A stretch of 60,692 nucleotides of DNA, the filler included, from Sphacelaria rigidula (taxonomy: Eukaryota), in the NCBI GenBank assembly GCA_964200075.2. It is 5 parts of 5 records of this genome, joined end to end, with 100 filler letters (N's around TTAATTAATTAA, not from the genome) between each part and the next. Parts side by side here need not be neighbours in the genome. Positions count along the whole stretch, not along the records: positions 24,319 to 36,376 come from CAXNAA020004177.1; positions 36,477 to 48,534 come from CAXNAA020004178.1; 3 more parts are not named here. One strand, given 5' to 3'. A program made the translations under genes and the position numbers. This document shows positions 25,744 through 38,229 of the stretch, one piece after another. The notes beneath the pieces were generated by a model. The model did not search any database. It worked only from the letters and a program-made list of their open reading frames with translations, and had not been told where the DNA came from. Numbering within the stretch: the stretch's first letter is position 1; every line of letters begins with the position of its first letter.

Positions 25744-26498
25744 ACACGGGATTATATAAATTAATTGGGGATGGATGTTGTAATATTATTGGGGATGGGA
25801 ACCCGGAGAAATAATATCTTTCTATCCACACCAAATCTTCGAAGTATGGTTATGCTTCCATTTCTTCACTTCTTGCTGGTAGTTATGGCAAACTACTACA
25901 CGCCATACAAATTTTAATATCGATAACCGAAATGTCGGGGTCCTGGGTGAAAAACCAATTTTGGGGGATATAGGCTTTAGGTTCGGGCGCCAATTTTTTT
26001 GGTTCACCTCCGACCCCGACATTTCGATTATTCAAATCCATATTTGTATGGCGTATAGTAGTTGTCAATAATAGCCACCAGCAAGTGAAGAACTGGAAGC
26101 ATACTTCGGAGATATAGTGTGTATACGAAGAATTTTATTCTCCCAGTTTTCATTCCCAATAAAAGATCCATCCCCAATTTAACAATGTTTTCGTGAAATT
26201 GAGAGTAGAGGATACGATTGAGAGTGAAAAGCGGTCAAATCGTGACTAAACTGTTTCAGTTCCGAAATGCCCCTCCACGAGCCCCGATACGCTTTCTGTA
26301 GTAGCTTGCCACTGAGGCCCTTGATATCCTTGAGCAGGATATCGACGTGTAGCTGTAAGCACACGCTAGTAATAGAGGCAAAGAACAGCACACACGGAAT
26401 GAAAAAATCGCCAAGTGAAAGCGAGTGACCAAAGCCACTCTCAATCAGCGCTTTACTCTCAATTTCACGAAAACGTTGTTATTTGTAAAATCCCGTGT
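25744..26498. mobile_element. TA-flanked foldback element with ~200-bp inverted arms, interrupted near its right end by a second MITE
   Basis: Termini ta-ACACGGGATT / AATCCCGTGT-ta; 25765-25942 is the imperfect reverse complement of 26012-26178. Confidence 0.8.
26182..26479. mobile_element. TA-flanked MITE (Tc1/mariner-type) nested in the foldback element
   Basis: TIR ACAA(T/C)GTTTTCGTGAAATTGAGAGTA at both ends, with TA on each side. Confidence 0.85.
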
Positions 26499-26623
26499 TA
26501 AATGTGTATAATTATGGCTGACCGAGGGGAATTTTGAAGCCTGATCGTCTTGAAGATATTTCACGTACGTGCCGACATGTTTTATTGCTCGATGTACAGC
26601 TGAAGTACGTCCTGAGTGAGTCC

Positions 26624-26715
26624 TTTAACCCTTAGACCGCCAGGGTGGTCCATCTGGATCATGTTTACTTTTTTTTGCAAGTGAAACCGCAATGCTGATT
26701 CAACAAAGAACATTT
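26624..26715 (+). mobile_element. Partial copy of the piggyBac-type MITE family (left end only)
   Basis: ttaacccttagaccgc...tctggatcatg...caagtgaaa...tgctgattcaacaaa. Confidence 0.65.
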
Positions 26716-27002
26716 CCTTGCTGCTGCTGGCCGCTCCTTAATTTTCCTTGTTTTATATTTTTGGAGGACAAAAAAAATGGTCCTGTAATACTCCTGTTTT
26801 TTGTAGTAGTTGGTCCAGCTTCTTCGTCGCCCTACATAAAGAAGAGCTAGGCAGATTGTGACTCCTTGGAATGCCTTGCTATACTCGATGAGAAGGTTCC
26901 AGGGCATCTTCGCGTAGGGCGAGTCATTCCAACGTTTCCGGTGTGGGCGCGTTTTTTGTTTTGTGGACAAACCGCTTCTTTGTCCAAGAACAGTCAAGAA
27001 TG

Positions 27003-27423
27003 AACAGAGGATTCTATAAAATGAGGTTCATCAATGAAAAAGTGAGGTTCGAGCTCAAAACAGTACTTTCTCCGCGCTTTCAGCGATGGTGCCCAATGAC
27101 TTTCTTGTCGGCCTAATGCCCCTCGATCGCGTAGGTACGTCTTCAGCGCATTTTATCGACTCTGTGAGATTACAGCGCTGTCCGAAACCTCCATTTCTAC
27201 TTGTTTTTCATGGGGGGGGGGGGGGGATATCAGGGAAAACGGCAGTTTCGGTCAGCGCTGTAAGCTCACAGAGTCGATCAAATGCGCTGAAGAAGTAGCT
27301 ACGCGATCGAGGGGCATTAATTAGGCCGACAAGAAAGTCATTGGGCACCATCGCTGAAAGTGTGGAGAAAGTACTGTTTTGGGCTCGAACCTCGGTGAAC
27401 CTCACTTCATATAATCCTTTGTT
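27003..27423. mobile_element. Foldback/MITE with ~180-bp inverted arms around a poly-G spacer
   Basis: 27044-27180 (gaggttcgagctcaaaacagtactttctcc...cagcgctg) is the near reverse complement of 27253-27393. Confidence 0.85.
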
Positions 27424-27789
27424 AGTCAAATCTAAGGAAAGTTGCACGGTTCAGACGAATCATCGCTGGTTCGACTAACCAAATCCACAATTTCTTCGGC
27501 CTTATTTCTTCTCGAATGAGAAAAAATCGACCGCTGGTCGAATAGATCTCCACGCAACTGTTGCGTCATTTACGTGCCTGTGCTGCGGGTACCTGGATCG
27601 CAACGCTGAAGACAAATCCTAACGAACCACGTACGAATAATCACACTAAAATCGAGTTATTTCCGGTCGAATCATTAACTCGTCCGACCCGCGAGAAGTG
27701 GCCATTTTCGTGAACTTGATCGTCTCAGAACAAAAATGTGTGTTGGGCCAAAATGAAGACTGTGGCCACTAGAAAACAAACTCGAAGAC

Positions 27790-27981
27790 GTCCTGGAGCC
27801 GTTTCAACCAGTGGTCCCTGTACCTCCACCGTTGAGTTGAGTTTTGTGTACCCACGACATGGTCGCTCTCTATGGTTGGGCTTAGGGTGAAAATAATCCC
27901 AGATTACTCCGGGAATCGAACCCCACAACTCAAACCATAAGAAGTTTACGAAATGATCGACTGAGCCACCGGGGCGACCGG
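27790..27981 (-). mobile_element. tRNA-derived SINE
   Basis: The minus strand starts CCGGTCGCCCCGG-TGGCTCAGTCG (A-box-like), then GGTTCGATTCC (B box), followed by a non-tRNA body. No convincing cloverleaf. Confidence 0.7.
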
Positions 27982-29535
27982 ATTGATTACTTCACAGTAG
28001 TGGTTATACAAGGATTGGATTTTTCCGGAATCCCGTACCCGTAAAAAAATTCAATCTGAGGGTGTTGGCCTGAATGGTGAGGTAGAATATGCCTCAACGG
28101 CTCATGCATCGTGATGAAACCACAATACATTAGTACCAAGATACTCGGCAAAGGCGACCCATCAACTAATGAACTAGCACCCTCGCCAACATTTCAGTTC
28201 ATTCGTCAGAACCACCTGATTCAGTTAATAGCCTCTGCTTGTTAGAGGCTGGGTATCGAGAGACTGTAAAGCGTGCATATTTCGAAGATTTAGTGTGGAT
28301 ACGAAGATTTTAATCCTTCGGGTTCTCATCCTCAATCAAAAGCACCATCCTCAACATTGATGATTGGCTGTTTCAAGTTGTGATTCCGAAGCCGACTGTT
28401 GTCATCTCATCGCGTAGATCATCAACTAAGACGAACCTCGATCCATCGCCCGAGTAGCTCTTTTATACCAGCCGTTGAGGGTGCCAAAAGACAGTGTTTA
28501 ACTATACGCCAAAGAGTAACCGCCATACATTCTTCACTCCAAGGGAATGTGGAGGGTTCGCAAGACGTTTCAATGTCGACTGAACCTCCGTCGTGATATA
28601 TGGGATGACGACAGACATAAACCTCATCGAGGCGGCAGCGACTGCTCCATATTCATGAACTTTAAACGGGAATGACCCGGGCGCTCACGCAGGAATACCG
28701 TCGACACCACTTTGTTCGAGGCACATGACAACTTGGATTCGGCGAAGGCTCCCTTATCATGGAAAAGAAGTGATTCGATTCAGGGTGATCCACATCGCGT
28801 ACGAGGTGATGTTCAATAATTGCCATCTTTTCAACGGGCACGATGAGAATGATTCTTCCTGTGCAACAACTTCTCCGGCTGCAAAATTTCACCAGGTCCG
28901 ACATACGCAAGGGGAAAACTGGTGACCGAACACCGAACAACATCCGTGCCAGGACAATTCGAAGGCATCACACGCCCGTGGATGTATCAACATGGAGCAG
29001 CTCTTCGTTTCGTCACCTTGTGGAATGAATGGAAACAAAATTTTGATGGTGCATCAAGCCTCGGGTTGGTTCCTGGCATCACACACGAATAATTTCATGC
29101 CCTTCAATGTAACAAGAAAAACTAGCGTAGCCCAAGCCAGTTAGCCTGTCATCATCAGGTGGGGTGAGACGCAGTTTCTGCCATGACGCCCACGAGGTGA
29201 GAAGATCGAGCGCGAGACGAGCCCGATTGACCCTCGGATAACCCTGACAACCATAGTCGACAACCGAAGCCCTTGCATGGATACAGTTGTACTTAGGACA
29301 AACAACGCAGGCTCTTCCTGCCACCGAGAATGCGCTAGTCTTCCATGGGATCGGGGAATGGTACAGCAGAAGCAACAACACCTTCGGAACACAATCCCCT
29401 CGCCCCATTCATGTAACTTCGAAAGCGTAAACACAAGGAAAACAACACGCGGGTGCTTCTCGACAAGTAGTTCATACCCTCCTTACAAAGTTAAAACCCT
29501 CATTTCATCCATCTAGTTGAGAAATGACGCAGTGC

Positions 29536-32500
29536 TCAAGTCGCCCAGTTCATGAACTGCTCCAGAGTGCCGCCGTTGGGGTCGATGAACTGCTGTACGG
29601 CCATGCCGAGGAAGCCGATCATCGCAAGACGGGAGTGCTTGATTTCCGCGAGCGCGTAGTCGGGGTTGACACCGTTCGCCGCGAGGCCAAGTGGGTCGAA
29701 GCCAAGGTCCCACGGGACGACAGTGTCTTGGAACACCTGCTCCTTGTTTTCCGTGATCGACGCCACCTTTGCCGCACCTGCCAAAAACTGCATCTTCCCC
29801 GCCTTCTTGTTCTGGATTTCGAGAGCAGTCAAATCATCCTCGTACTGGTACTTGGTGTTGAAGTTCGAGGTCAACTGTGCAAGCTCGATGAAAGCGCACA
29901 AGAGCACGATCTGGGCAATGCCCAGTCGCGGAACGGAGCTGAGCGCAGCGAACGCGTTCATTTGGGTAAACTGACTCGCGAATTCGAAGCCTTGGAATCC
30001 AACAGGGTGTTGCACCAGCTCTGGCGCTACAAACCCAACGGTCGCCAACATACAGATACGTCCGTGCTTCAGCTCCGCTGCCCTCATCCATGTGAGGTCG
30101 ATGGGCCCGTTTGAGAAGTTGAGGGGGTCGAAACCAGCGTCTCCAACGATGGTGCCGTCGCCGATCTGCGGTTTTTCCGCCCATGGCAACGCCGTGGACT
30201 TCCCCTCGATGGGCCACCATGATCCCGGTACGGAGGCTGAGATAATGTGGGGCGTTTCGAACAAGATTGAAATTCGAAACGCGACAATCGACAATGAAAA
30301 AGCAAGACGGACAAGATGATGAGGCACAGTTCAAAAAATGGCTCGCATCTGTTTCAGGTGTCGTGCATCCACGACTGTTCTCGCCGCGCATGGGTGAACA
30401 CGCTGGAAAAAAACAAGTGCACCGTATCACTTTTGGCACATTACGCAATCGTAGTGAATCCTGTTAAACGAAGATAGGTGAAGGAACACGACCAAAGCCA
30501 AGACTGTGTTCAACTTCTTAGATCCTCCAGAACGAAAGGCGTGGCGATGTAGGATCATGACAAATGGGTTCGTCAGGCAGGTAGGTGCGAGACACGATCA
30601 CGAAAAGGGGTCATGACGATGATTTACGAATTATATAACTGCCATAAAAATGTGATGCAGACCGCGGAGTGTCCATGTTTCCAAAATTTGCGTCAAGGTT
30701 TACAGGTTCTCGGAGCACCATCTTTACCTCTTGCAGTCTCCAGGCAAGGCAAGACAAAAGGTTCGAGATTCCGATGGTCACATGATATCGCACGACTGAG
30801 GCCGCTTCTTACGGAAAACCAAGACAAGACCGCCTTCTTGGAACTTGAGGTCGTTTCACCATTAACTGAGGCCGCTCCTCACAGCAAACGAGGACAAAAC
30901 GCCTCTGTGGAACTTCGGCGTCATTTTGAAACTCAAATGCGCTCGCTTCTTACGGCAAACCAAGACAAGACCGCCTTCTTGAGGCTTGGGGTCGTTTCGC
31001 TACCTTGCTGAGGCCGCTCCTCACGGCAGGGGACAAGACGCCTTTGTGGAACTTCGGCGTCGTTTCAAAACTCAAACGGGCCCGCTTCTTCTGGCGAACC
31101 AAGCAGTGTTGCATATCGAATATCGGTGGTAAGCCATATCGGAATCGGAGTGTGAAAAAACGATAAATGTGATTCTCATCAATATCCAATATGGATATTC
31201 TCGACATATTTTGAATTCTTCGTCACATTAGCTCAATTTCTCGCATCCGTCGTAAAAGTAAACGCAGGGGGGGTTGTGAAAGACGTTGAAAAACGTTTCC
31301 CGTCATTGGTGAAAAACGCTGGAAAAAAAAGCTCACACTTGAGTTTGGGTATGTTCGTTTCGACACCCTTTCATTTTCTCATGAATGAGCAGGGTCGAGG
31401 TATGCGCTCATTCGATCGAAAAACATGGAATGGGTCACTGTAGAAATGAAGTGTAACCGGCCCGCTGTGAACCATACCACGTCTTGCACTATGACGGAAT
31501 ATATTCGCAAGACAGCTGTATCACCGCATGCCGCCGGTGCCATGATGTCAATTTTCACACCACCCGCTGCTGTACATTTGTCCTGTGCTGTCCACGGGAA
31601 ATTACCGCAAGTTGTTCGAGATACAACACCCTCAGGAGCAAATTTCAAAGCTCTATCACGTTCTCTCGATGAGATGGTTGCAACGCCGCCCAGTTCAGCC
31701 CTGGCATCGCTTTTGGTGGGGAATGAGTGCTGAGAAGGCTGTCTAGGGGATGTGGTATCTTGAGCGACCTACAATAGTGAGTGACGGATGTCAGTGCCAG
31801 TGTTCCGCTCGGTCTTGTACACTGGGGCTATACCAAAACAGCCATATCGTATCGGATATTGACATTCGATACGTGTCGTCTCATCTTCGGAATATCGACA
31901 AAAATATCGATATCGTTCGATATTCTAAAAATATCTATCGAACTTCATTCTCGGTCCGATATGCAACTCTGAAAGCAGGACAAGAGCTCTTTATCGGCGT
32001 CGTTTTACGACCTAGAAGGAAACTAGGCGAATTCGGATCCCTTGTAATTTTTCACTAGACATGACTTTGTTGCAGTACAACCGTGCATTTTTCAAGTGGC
32101 CGCGGTATTTTTTGGCCAAGCCGTAAGTTTTCGGAAGGGGGATTCATCGTCAAATCCTTGGTCGATAATTGAAGATATTGATCAAGGGGTACGTACTCCT
32201 AGATACCGAAACGTATGGTAGGATTTGTAAAGATGGTGAATTTGCATTTGCTGTTTGCCTGCTGTCCTGTTGACCTCGGATGCCGGCCACACTCACACAC
32301 TAATGCGCTAGAGTGCACGGTAGCGACAGTCTGTAGCCCGAGTAGCAACAATAATTCACGCGTTCGAAATACACTAAATATGATACCACAAATGCCATCA
32401 TGGTAGGTGTTGGTCTTGCGGGGGAGGCTGGGTGTCGCCCCCTCCCTCAAAATTTGATGTTTCAACATGCCCTAGCCAAACTTGCATTTTCTCGGAGATG

Positions 32501-34479
32501 GGTAAGGCGTAAAACGACGTGGAAGGTCACCAGCATCTTCCCGCCATATTTCTCACAACAACCGGCCGGATAACCGACCGTATCGGTCAGACTCGATGTC
32601 AGTGTCAATTATTATTTTGCCTCCAAGAAACCGAGGGTTGACGGTGGGGTTTTTTGAAGGACGTTATAATGCAACTTTCATCCCAGGCTACCGTAACATC
32701 GTGCAACGTAATGTGGACACGACCTCCACAACGTGGCCTCACGAGGATCACGAGCACCAAACCGGAATTAGCTGAGCTCGGGCATAGGTCCGTAGAGGGG
32801 GGCACAAATAGCTCCGCACATCGAGATTAAATGCGTGCGCGCCGCTGAGCTGATATACATACTCTTCAGTTATACACCGTGTGCAAAAGGGACAGGTCAT
32901 GATGAAAACGTGCACTGCGCGACCTTGGAGTACTTGTAATTCGTAGAACGGTTATGTCCCCGGTCAATTTACAACGTGAACAATCAAGATGGCGCGCGGC
33001 TCAGTCGAAAGACAAACAGTAGACCCACACTGCATCCAAATCTGACCAAATCTGCAGTTGAAACTCATTCAAGGGGTTGGGGTGAACGACATCCACTGTC
33101 GAGTTTGTTCTTGACCAGATGTGACTCGTCCATCCGAGTTGGTCCAGAAGAGAATGATGAGCAGGATGGCGACGTTCGTAGTATGGAATACTGTCGAACA
33201 CTCAGGATTGTTGTTAGAGGTAGCTGTGATTCAAGTTCAACTTATCTGGTCGGCGAGGTCTTCCACGGACAGGAACAACAGCGATGTTGACTCGACACTC
33301 TCGAGAGCCAACTGACGCAAACGGTAGAAGACGCTCGGCGTTGCTGTGTTGAGCTCAACTTCATTTTTCCAAGACTTGCTGTGACAGAAGGTCGTCCCAA
33401 CTTGGGGGCGATCATGAATGATCGAACATCCACGAGCATTCATCACCTTCATCGAAGTTGAGGTATATGGTGCGTCGAGGTGGAGATTTAACCTCGCGCC
33501 CGGTCCAACGTACATCGAACGCCTTTCTCGCAAACAAGGCACGATACTAGGATTTCACAGAAATGTTTGATGAACCAGACATTACGCGTGATATCCATTT
33601 CTTTTCAACAAACGAACTTGTGGAGGGGTAGGATCGGAGCACAGCAGGAAAGGCCACACAAAACTCAGAGTGAAGTGGAATATCGGGAAGCTCACGATAT
33701 CCACGCCATCAGGCCATGATGTGGAGCTATCTGCAATACGGTGTGCAAGCGGGCTGTGTGTGTTGAAACCTTCATCTTTGATATGTTGGTGTCTCGCACC
33801 GGAAACTGTGCCAGTACCGACTGTAGCGAAAAGCAGGCGATCGTATGCTGGTCCACCCCGTCAGCATGTTGACAGCAAAACTTTCTTTGGTACCACGTGG
33901 CCAAGGCGACGACAGAGAACATTGAAGCACACCACCCAGGGGCTCGGTCTAGCACATCACCGGCTCGAATCAAACTAAAACGATTTCGACGGAACGTGAT
34001 GCTTGGAAGGTCACATAGCCAACTCGGCGACATGAAAAGCAACGAATGTCGACGGCGTCGACCTAATATGTCGTGGGGCGATTTATGTGAGGGGGTCATC
34101 AGGCTTCCGCTGTGACGGGGGCCCGTCGACAATTACGAAACCGACACAACTCAAGGAAACGTCGCCTGCTCGGCGCAACGGTACTGAAGGTGCGCTCGTT
34201 TTGCTCGGGAACGTAGGCAGACCTGAATCTTGAGCGCTCATGACTCAGCACCTGCCTTGCTGAACCCTTTGAACATGACACGACGGGTTGTCACGTCCCT
34301 CAACCTCTGTAGTAGTTAATCGTACGAAAAACTCAACAAGTTCATCCAAAAAAATATGACATGAACTCACACATGGAGAGGGTGTTGGGTGTGGCGACGC
34401 GCGTCTTGGTCACAAGCGATGGCGCCACGAACGCCGAGGCTCCAGAGGCACAGGCGACAGCCATGACCGCAGACTTCAT
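29536..34479 (-). CDS. Light-harvesting complex (chlorophyll a/c-fucoxanthin-binding) protein, Lhcr-like; exon 1 34479-34371, exon 2 30236-29536
   Basis: Exon 1 MKSAVMAVACASGASAFVAPSLV...SM carries an ASAF plastid-targeting motif and a GTGAGT donor in phase 1. Exon 2 has a matching phase-1 acceptor and the LHC motifs STALPW, GDAGFDPL, AELKHGRICMLA, LGFDPLGL and AEIKHSRLAMIG. Confidence 0.93.
30795..31102 (+). repeat. Tandem repeat with ~140-bp period made of two related ~70-bp subunits (intronic)
   Basis: cgcttcttacgg.aaaccaagacaagaccgccttcttg alternates with ctgaggccgctcctcac...ggaacttcggcgtc. Confidence 0.8.
31380..34120. pseudogene. Possible highly decayed Ty1/Copia fragments within the LHC intron
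   Basis: Only weak residual motifs: minus-strand TKSDA...RERD..LKF near 31640-31730 and plus-strand ANSAT*KATNVD near 34018-34055, faintly like the RNase H end. Confidence 0.25.
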
Positions 34480-35002
34480 CCTTCAAGATAACGGGTTGAG
34501 TTCTTTCTCACACAAGCTATCCGGTCAACGCTGAGCGTAGTAAACGGGGATGTGTGTGCAGCGGAAGCAGATACGACACCCAGCTGAGCACGACAAATAT
34601 CAGCGGAGATATTCTACGACAATAACTTCAAACATCTAGGAGGCATTTACGGAACATGGCCTCTAAATATCTCACCCGGTGCAACTGGCAAATTTTACTT
34701 CGAATGCAGTATATATTTAGAGTCTTTTGTCGTTTTTGTAATCGCTTGAAGGAGTAGATCATGATTCAGAAAGAGGTAGTCTATTTTCTCGATAAAAATG
34801 CGGCATAAAAGTAATGACCCCTAACAATAATTTCGGGGTGGTGTCAGGTTTGCTCTCGGCCTGGGTCAGATCGTGACTCGCTCGAATCATTCAAGTTCCT
34901 TGTTTGCGTCGTCTTGTATACACACGAGAAGTCATACCTACTGCCGTAGCCTGAATAGTTGAACAGTTGTACGGTTCGTCCTGTCGGTCCAGCATATCAA
35001 CA
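34480..35002. promoter_or_regulatory. Putative bidirectional promoter region between divergent LHC genes
   Basis: 523 bp separate two outward-facing ATGs; the middle is AT-rich, including tatatattta near 34710. Confidence 0.5.
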
Positions 35003-35899
35003 ATGAAGATGGAAATTGGTGCTCTAGCTTTGTGCTCTCTGAGCGCGGCAACGGCTTTCGTTGCGCCGACGGCGTTCACAGGCTCTGCGGTCGCGAACGT
35101 ACAGCGAACATCAGGTCAGTCGTACGAAAGAGTCGTGGTGGCTCACGTGTAGGATGAAGTATGATGACAGTCTGCTGCTTGGTACATGGAAGAGCGGAGA
35201 GGCTCATGGTGCACTTCATCTGCTCCAAAAAGCATTTGTGTATCAGGCAAGGTTTCGTGGACGGTCTTGCGTGTTTCGTTTTCTGCTCTGCGTGTCAGGG
35301 ATGGGGCTTCCACATGAAGTTGCTGGTACCCTGGGTTTTGTATGTGTCATTTTTACTCGAGGAGGCTTGGCCGAACAGCATCGTGAATACACGATGCATC
35401 TGTACCGCAGGGTCCAGTCGCAAGGTGATTCGACCTCACCGTATCGAGGCTACCCTCGTGATACCGCATTACACTAATGACTGTACTGTAGATGTCGCGA
35501 GTGACCAAGATGCGAATACACCATCTCACTCCAAAAAACATCCAACCGAGTACAAACTTGTCGATGGTGAAAACTTGTTCAGCCGCATACAGTCTGTACA
35601 GTCTGTGCCGATGATGCAGATTGCAGATATCTTGAGCTAGTCTGACCTGATCTCGTTCACCTTCCCTTCAACTTGGCTTCGTGGTATCGCCGTGTCGCCC
35701 CCGCTACGGAAGGGTCCACGCGGATGGCGGTGAATGACATGCTCGGTGGGGATGTCGAGACCAAGGGAACGTACGACCCCCTTGGCTTCGGCAAGGATGA
35801 CGCGTCGCTTTTCCGTCGCCGTGCGGTGGAGCTGAAGCACGGACGCGTAGCTATGTTGGCGATCACTGGCAACCTTTTCGCGGAACAGATCCACCCTCT
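35003..35899 (+). CDS. Second light-harvesting complex protein, 5' part; exon 1 35003-35114, exon 2 35713-35899; remainder not found before the gap
   Basis: MKMEIGALALCSLSAATAFVAP (ATAF targeting motif), phase-1 splice to GSTRMAVNDMLGGDVETKGTYDPLGFGKDDASLFRRRAVELKHGRVAMLAITG...HP, then a GTGAGT donor. Confidence 0.88.
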
Positions 35900-37011
35900 G
35901 TGAGTTGCAAACATTCTCGCGGTAGAGTAGATGATTCATGTTTCATTCTGTCCAATAGGATTACATAACTGTACTGAAATCCGTCAAAAGTCAGTATGAT
36001 CAATACGCAATTCGCTACAGAGACCCCCGTAGTAGTACCATCGAGTCAAGAGCTGTCAGTCTCTCACTGAGCTTCGAGTCGAGTTGCGCAGATTGTCAGT
36101 TAACCACGCACGTCATGCATGAAGTATTTTGGGGCATGCTGGTGATGATAATTGTACCTTGCTCGGGTGGACTGACGCACTCCGCGAAAACTCGAAAGTT
36201 GGAATGGTTTTAACAAGTGCCCGATCCATGTAACGAACGGCTGGTGGGGTCAAAACTTCATGTATCACCAAGTCATTTCCCGTTGTGTCGGGATCTTTCA
36301 TCGTTGTTGTTGTTGTTGTCATCACATTAAAAGCCGTCCCGATATCTGCGCGGTACATTGGTACTGGGCATCTTATNNNNNNNNNNNNNNNNNNNNNNNN
36401 NNNNNNNNNNNNNNNNNNNNTTAATTAATTAANNNNNNNNNNNNNNNNNNNNNNNNNNNNNNNNNNNNNNNNNNNNAACGGGTACGAATGTGAAGAAGCT
36501 AGGCTAATGTGAGGGGGTTGTGGTTCGGCCCTGTAGCAAAATTGTTGCACCACGGAGGTTGAGAACTAAGCTTGGAGCAACGAGGAAGACGGGCCGGCGG
36601 TTGAGTTTGAAATCTTTCCGTCGTTTCTTCCACATTCACGAGAGGAGCAAACGTAGCTGTTACGAGCCCACAACATCAAAAAGCTCCAAAGATCGTACAT
36701 TTTTGTTGAATTTTCTCTCAAATATACTCCAGAATCTTACACCGCTGATCCTGCCTACAAGATTTCTCGACTTTCATTACTTCAACCTCGAATACACCAG
36801 CACACTTGTAGTCAGAAACTAGGATCATGCCTTGCAATACTGTACCTTTAGACACCACAATGTTATCTTTGTACTCTGGACAAGAATTATTTTAACATGT
36901 TTTACCCCGATTATCACCTACACTCTGTTTCTTTTCAAATTCAAACTCAAACTACAACTACAACTACGAGCTGGGCCAGCCTAGAGGCGGACTTGAAGTT
37001 TGCAGGCGCAC

Positions 37012-37360
37012 GCTGAGCCCAATATTTAGAGTTGGAGCGTAAAATTTGGTATGGACAGTGCATGGGGCATGAAAAAGAAATTACTTTGGCACCAAAAGTT
37101 TTTTTTTATGAGTGAAGGGCATTTTGTTGATACCTGAACACTGATTATTGCCCTTATAACCCTTAGACCGCGAGGGTAGTCGATCTGGATCATGCATTCT
37201 TTTTTCAAGTGAAATTGATGGCGGGTCAACAGATGACCTACTCTCGCCATCGAAGGGTTAACTCATGAAAAAAAATGGTACCGACGTATTTTTTTTCTCG
37301 TGCCCTATGCATTGTCCATGCCAAATTTCACGATCCAACTCAAAATATATTGGGCTGAGC
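37012..37360. mobile_element. Foldback MITE (~80-bp arms) containing a piggyBac-type MITE at 37157-37261
   Basis: gctgagcccaatatt..gagttgga.cgt.aaatttgg.atggaca.tgcat.gggca versus its reverse complement at 37299-37360. Confidence 0.75.
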
Positions 37361-37369
37361 ATAGGCATT

Positions 37370-37683
37370 TTAACCCTTCGATCGCGAGATTAGTCTTTCT
37401 GGATCATGCATATATTTTTTTCACTTTAAATTGATGCCGATTCAACAGAAGACTAACCTCGCGGTCTAAGGGTTAACGCTTAGACCGCGAAGCGCGTAGT
37501 CCATCTAGATCACGCATTCTTCTTCGAATGAAAATTGATGCCGATTCAGCAGGTCACCTACCGTCGCGGTCTAGGGGTTAACCCTTAGACCGCGAGGTTA
37601 GTCTTTCTGGTTCATGCATACTTTTTTTTACTTGAAATTGATGCCGATTCAACAGAAGACTAACCTCGCGGTCCAAGGGTTAA
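37370..37683. mobile_element. Three abutting piggyBac-type MITEs sharing TTAA junctions
   Basis: TTAA at 37370, 37473, 37578 and 37680, each unit bounded by CCCTT(A/C)GA.CGCG...CGCGGTC.A.GGG-like ends. Confidence 0.88.
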
Positions 37684-38229
37684 GAACCGAATAGGTGATA
37701 ATTTCTGAACAGTATATCGAAGGCCACTCACCAGCCCACCGTCGGTTTTCGTGTATTGAAATTTTGTGTGGGCGCTCCCTAAGGCATAATTAACAACACT
37801 CAGTGGATCAGGTTTTCTTCAATTATATTTTTCACTGGTTCAGGGCGTTCTAATATGTTAAATGTCATTTCTTCACGAGAACGCCCTAACATCTGTGAAA
37901 AAAAACAAAGTGAAGGCCCATTTTTTTTTTTTATTCGGCACACTTTTGTGGTTCTCCATGCTAACTTCCGAATCACATTTCTAAAAAATGAGCTAAAACA
38001 TCGAGATAAGGCCTTAGAGCAATGTTCATATCTCCTCAAAACTTCTCTCAAAACACGAAAAAAATGAAAAAAAATGGAAAAAGGTAACAAGTTGTTCTTT
38101 TCATTCTGCACTACTAGCGGTTCACACCCACACTTCTTTTCATTCTGACACGGATCTTCCCGCTTCGGGCTCGGCGACCCCCAGGCAAGTGATTCCAAAG
38201 TTGGCTCTGTATCGACCCGCATTTTAGGT

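Noticed and set aside
27905..27981. tRNA gene
   Set aside because: A and B boxes are present, but I could not form a proper acceptor or anticodon stem; better explained as a SINE head.
28400..29460. Copia RT fragment
   Set aside because: Only a faint WKQNFDG..GLV resemblance; too degraded to call without a search.
30237..30327. N-terminus of the 263-aa LHC ORF as given in the ORF track
   Set aside because: Lies upstream of a phase-compatible acceptor and lacks a targeting motif; the likely first exon is 34479-34371.
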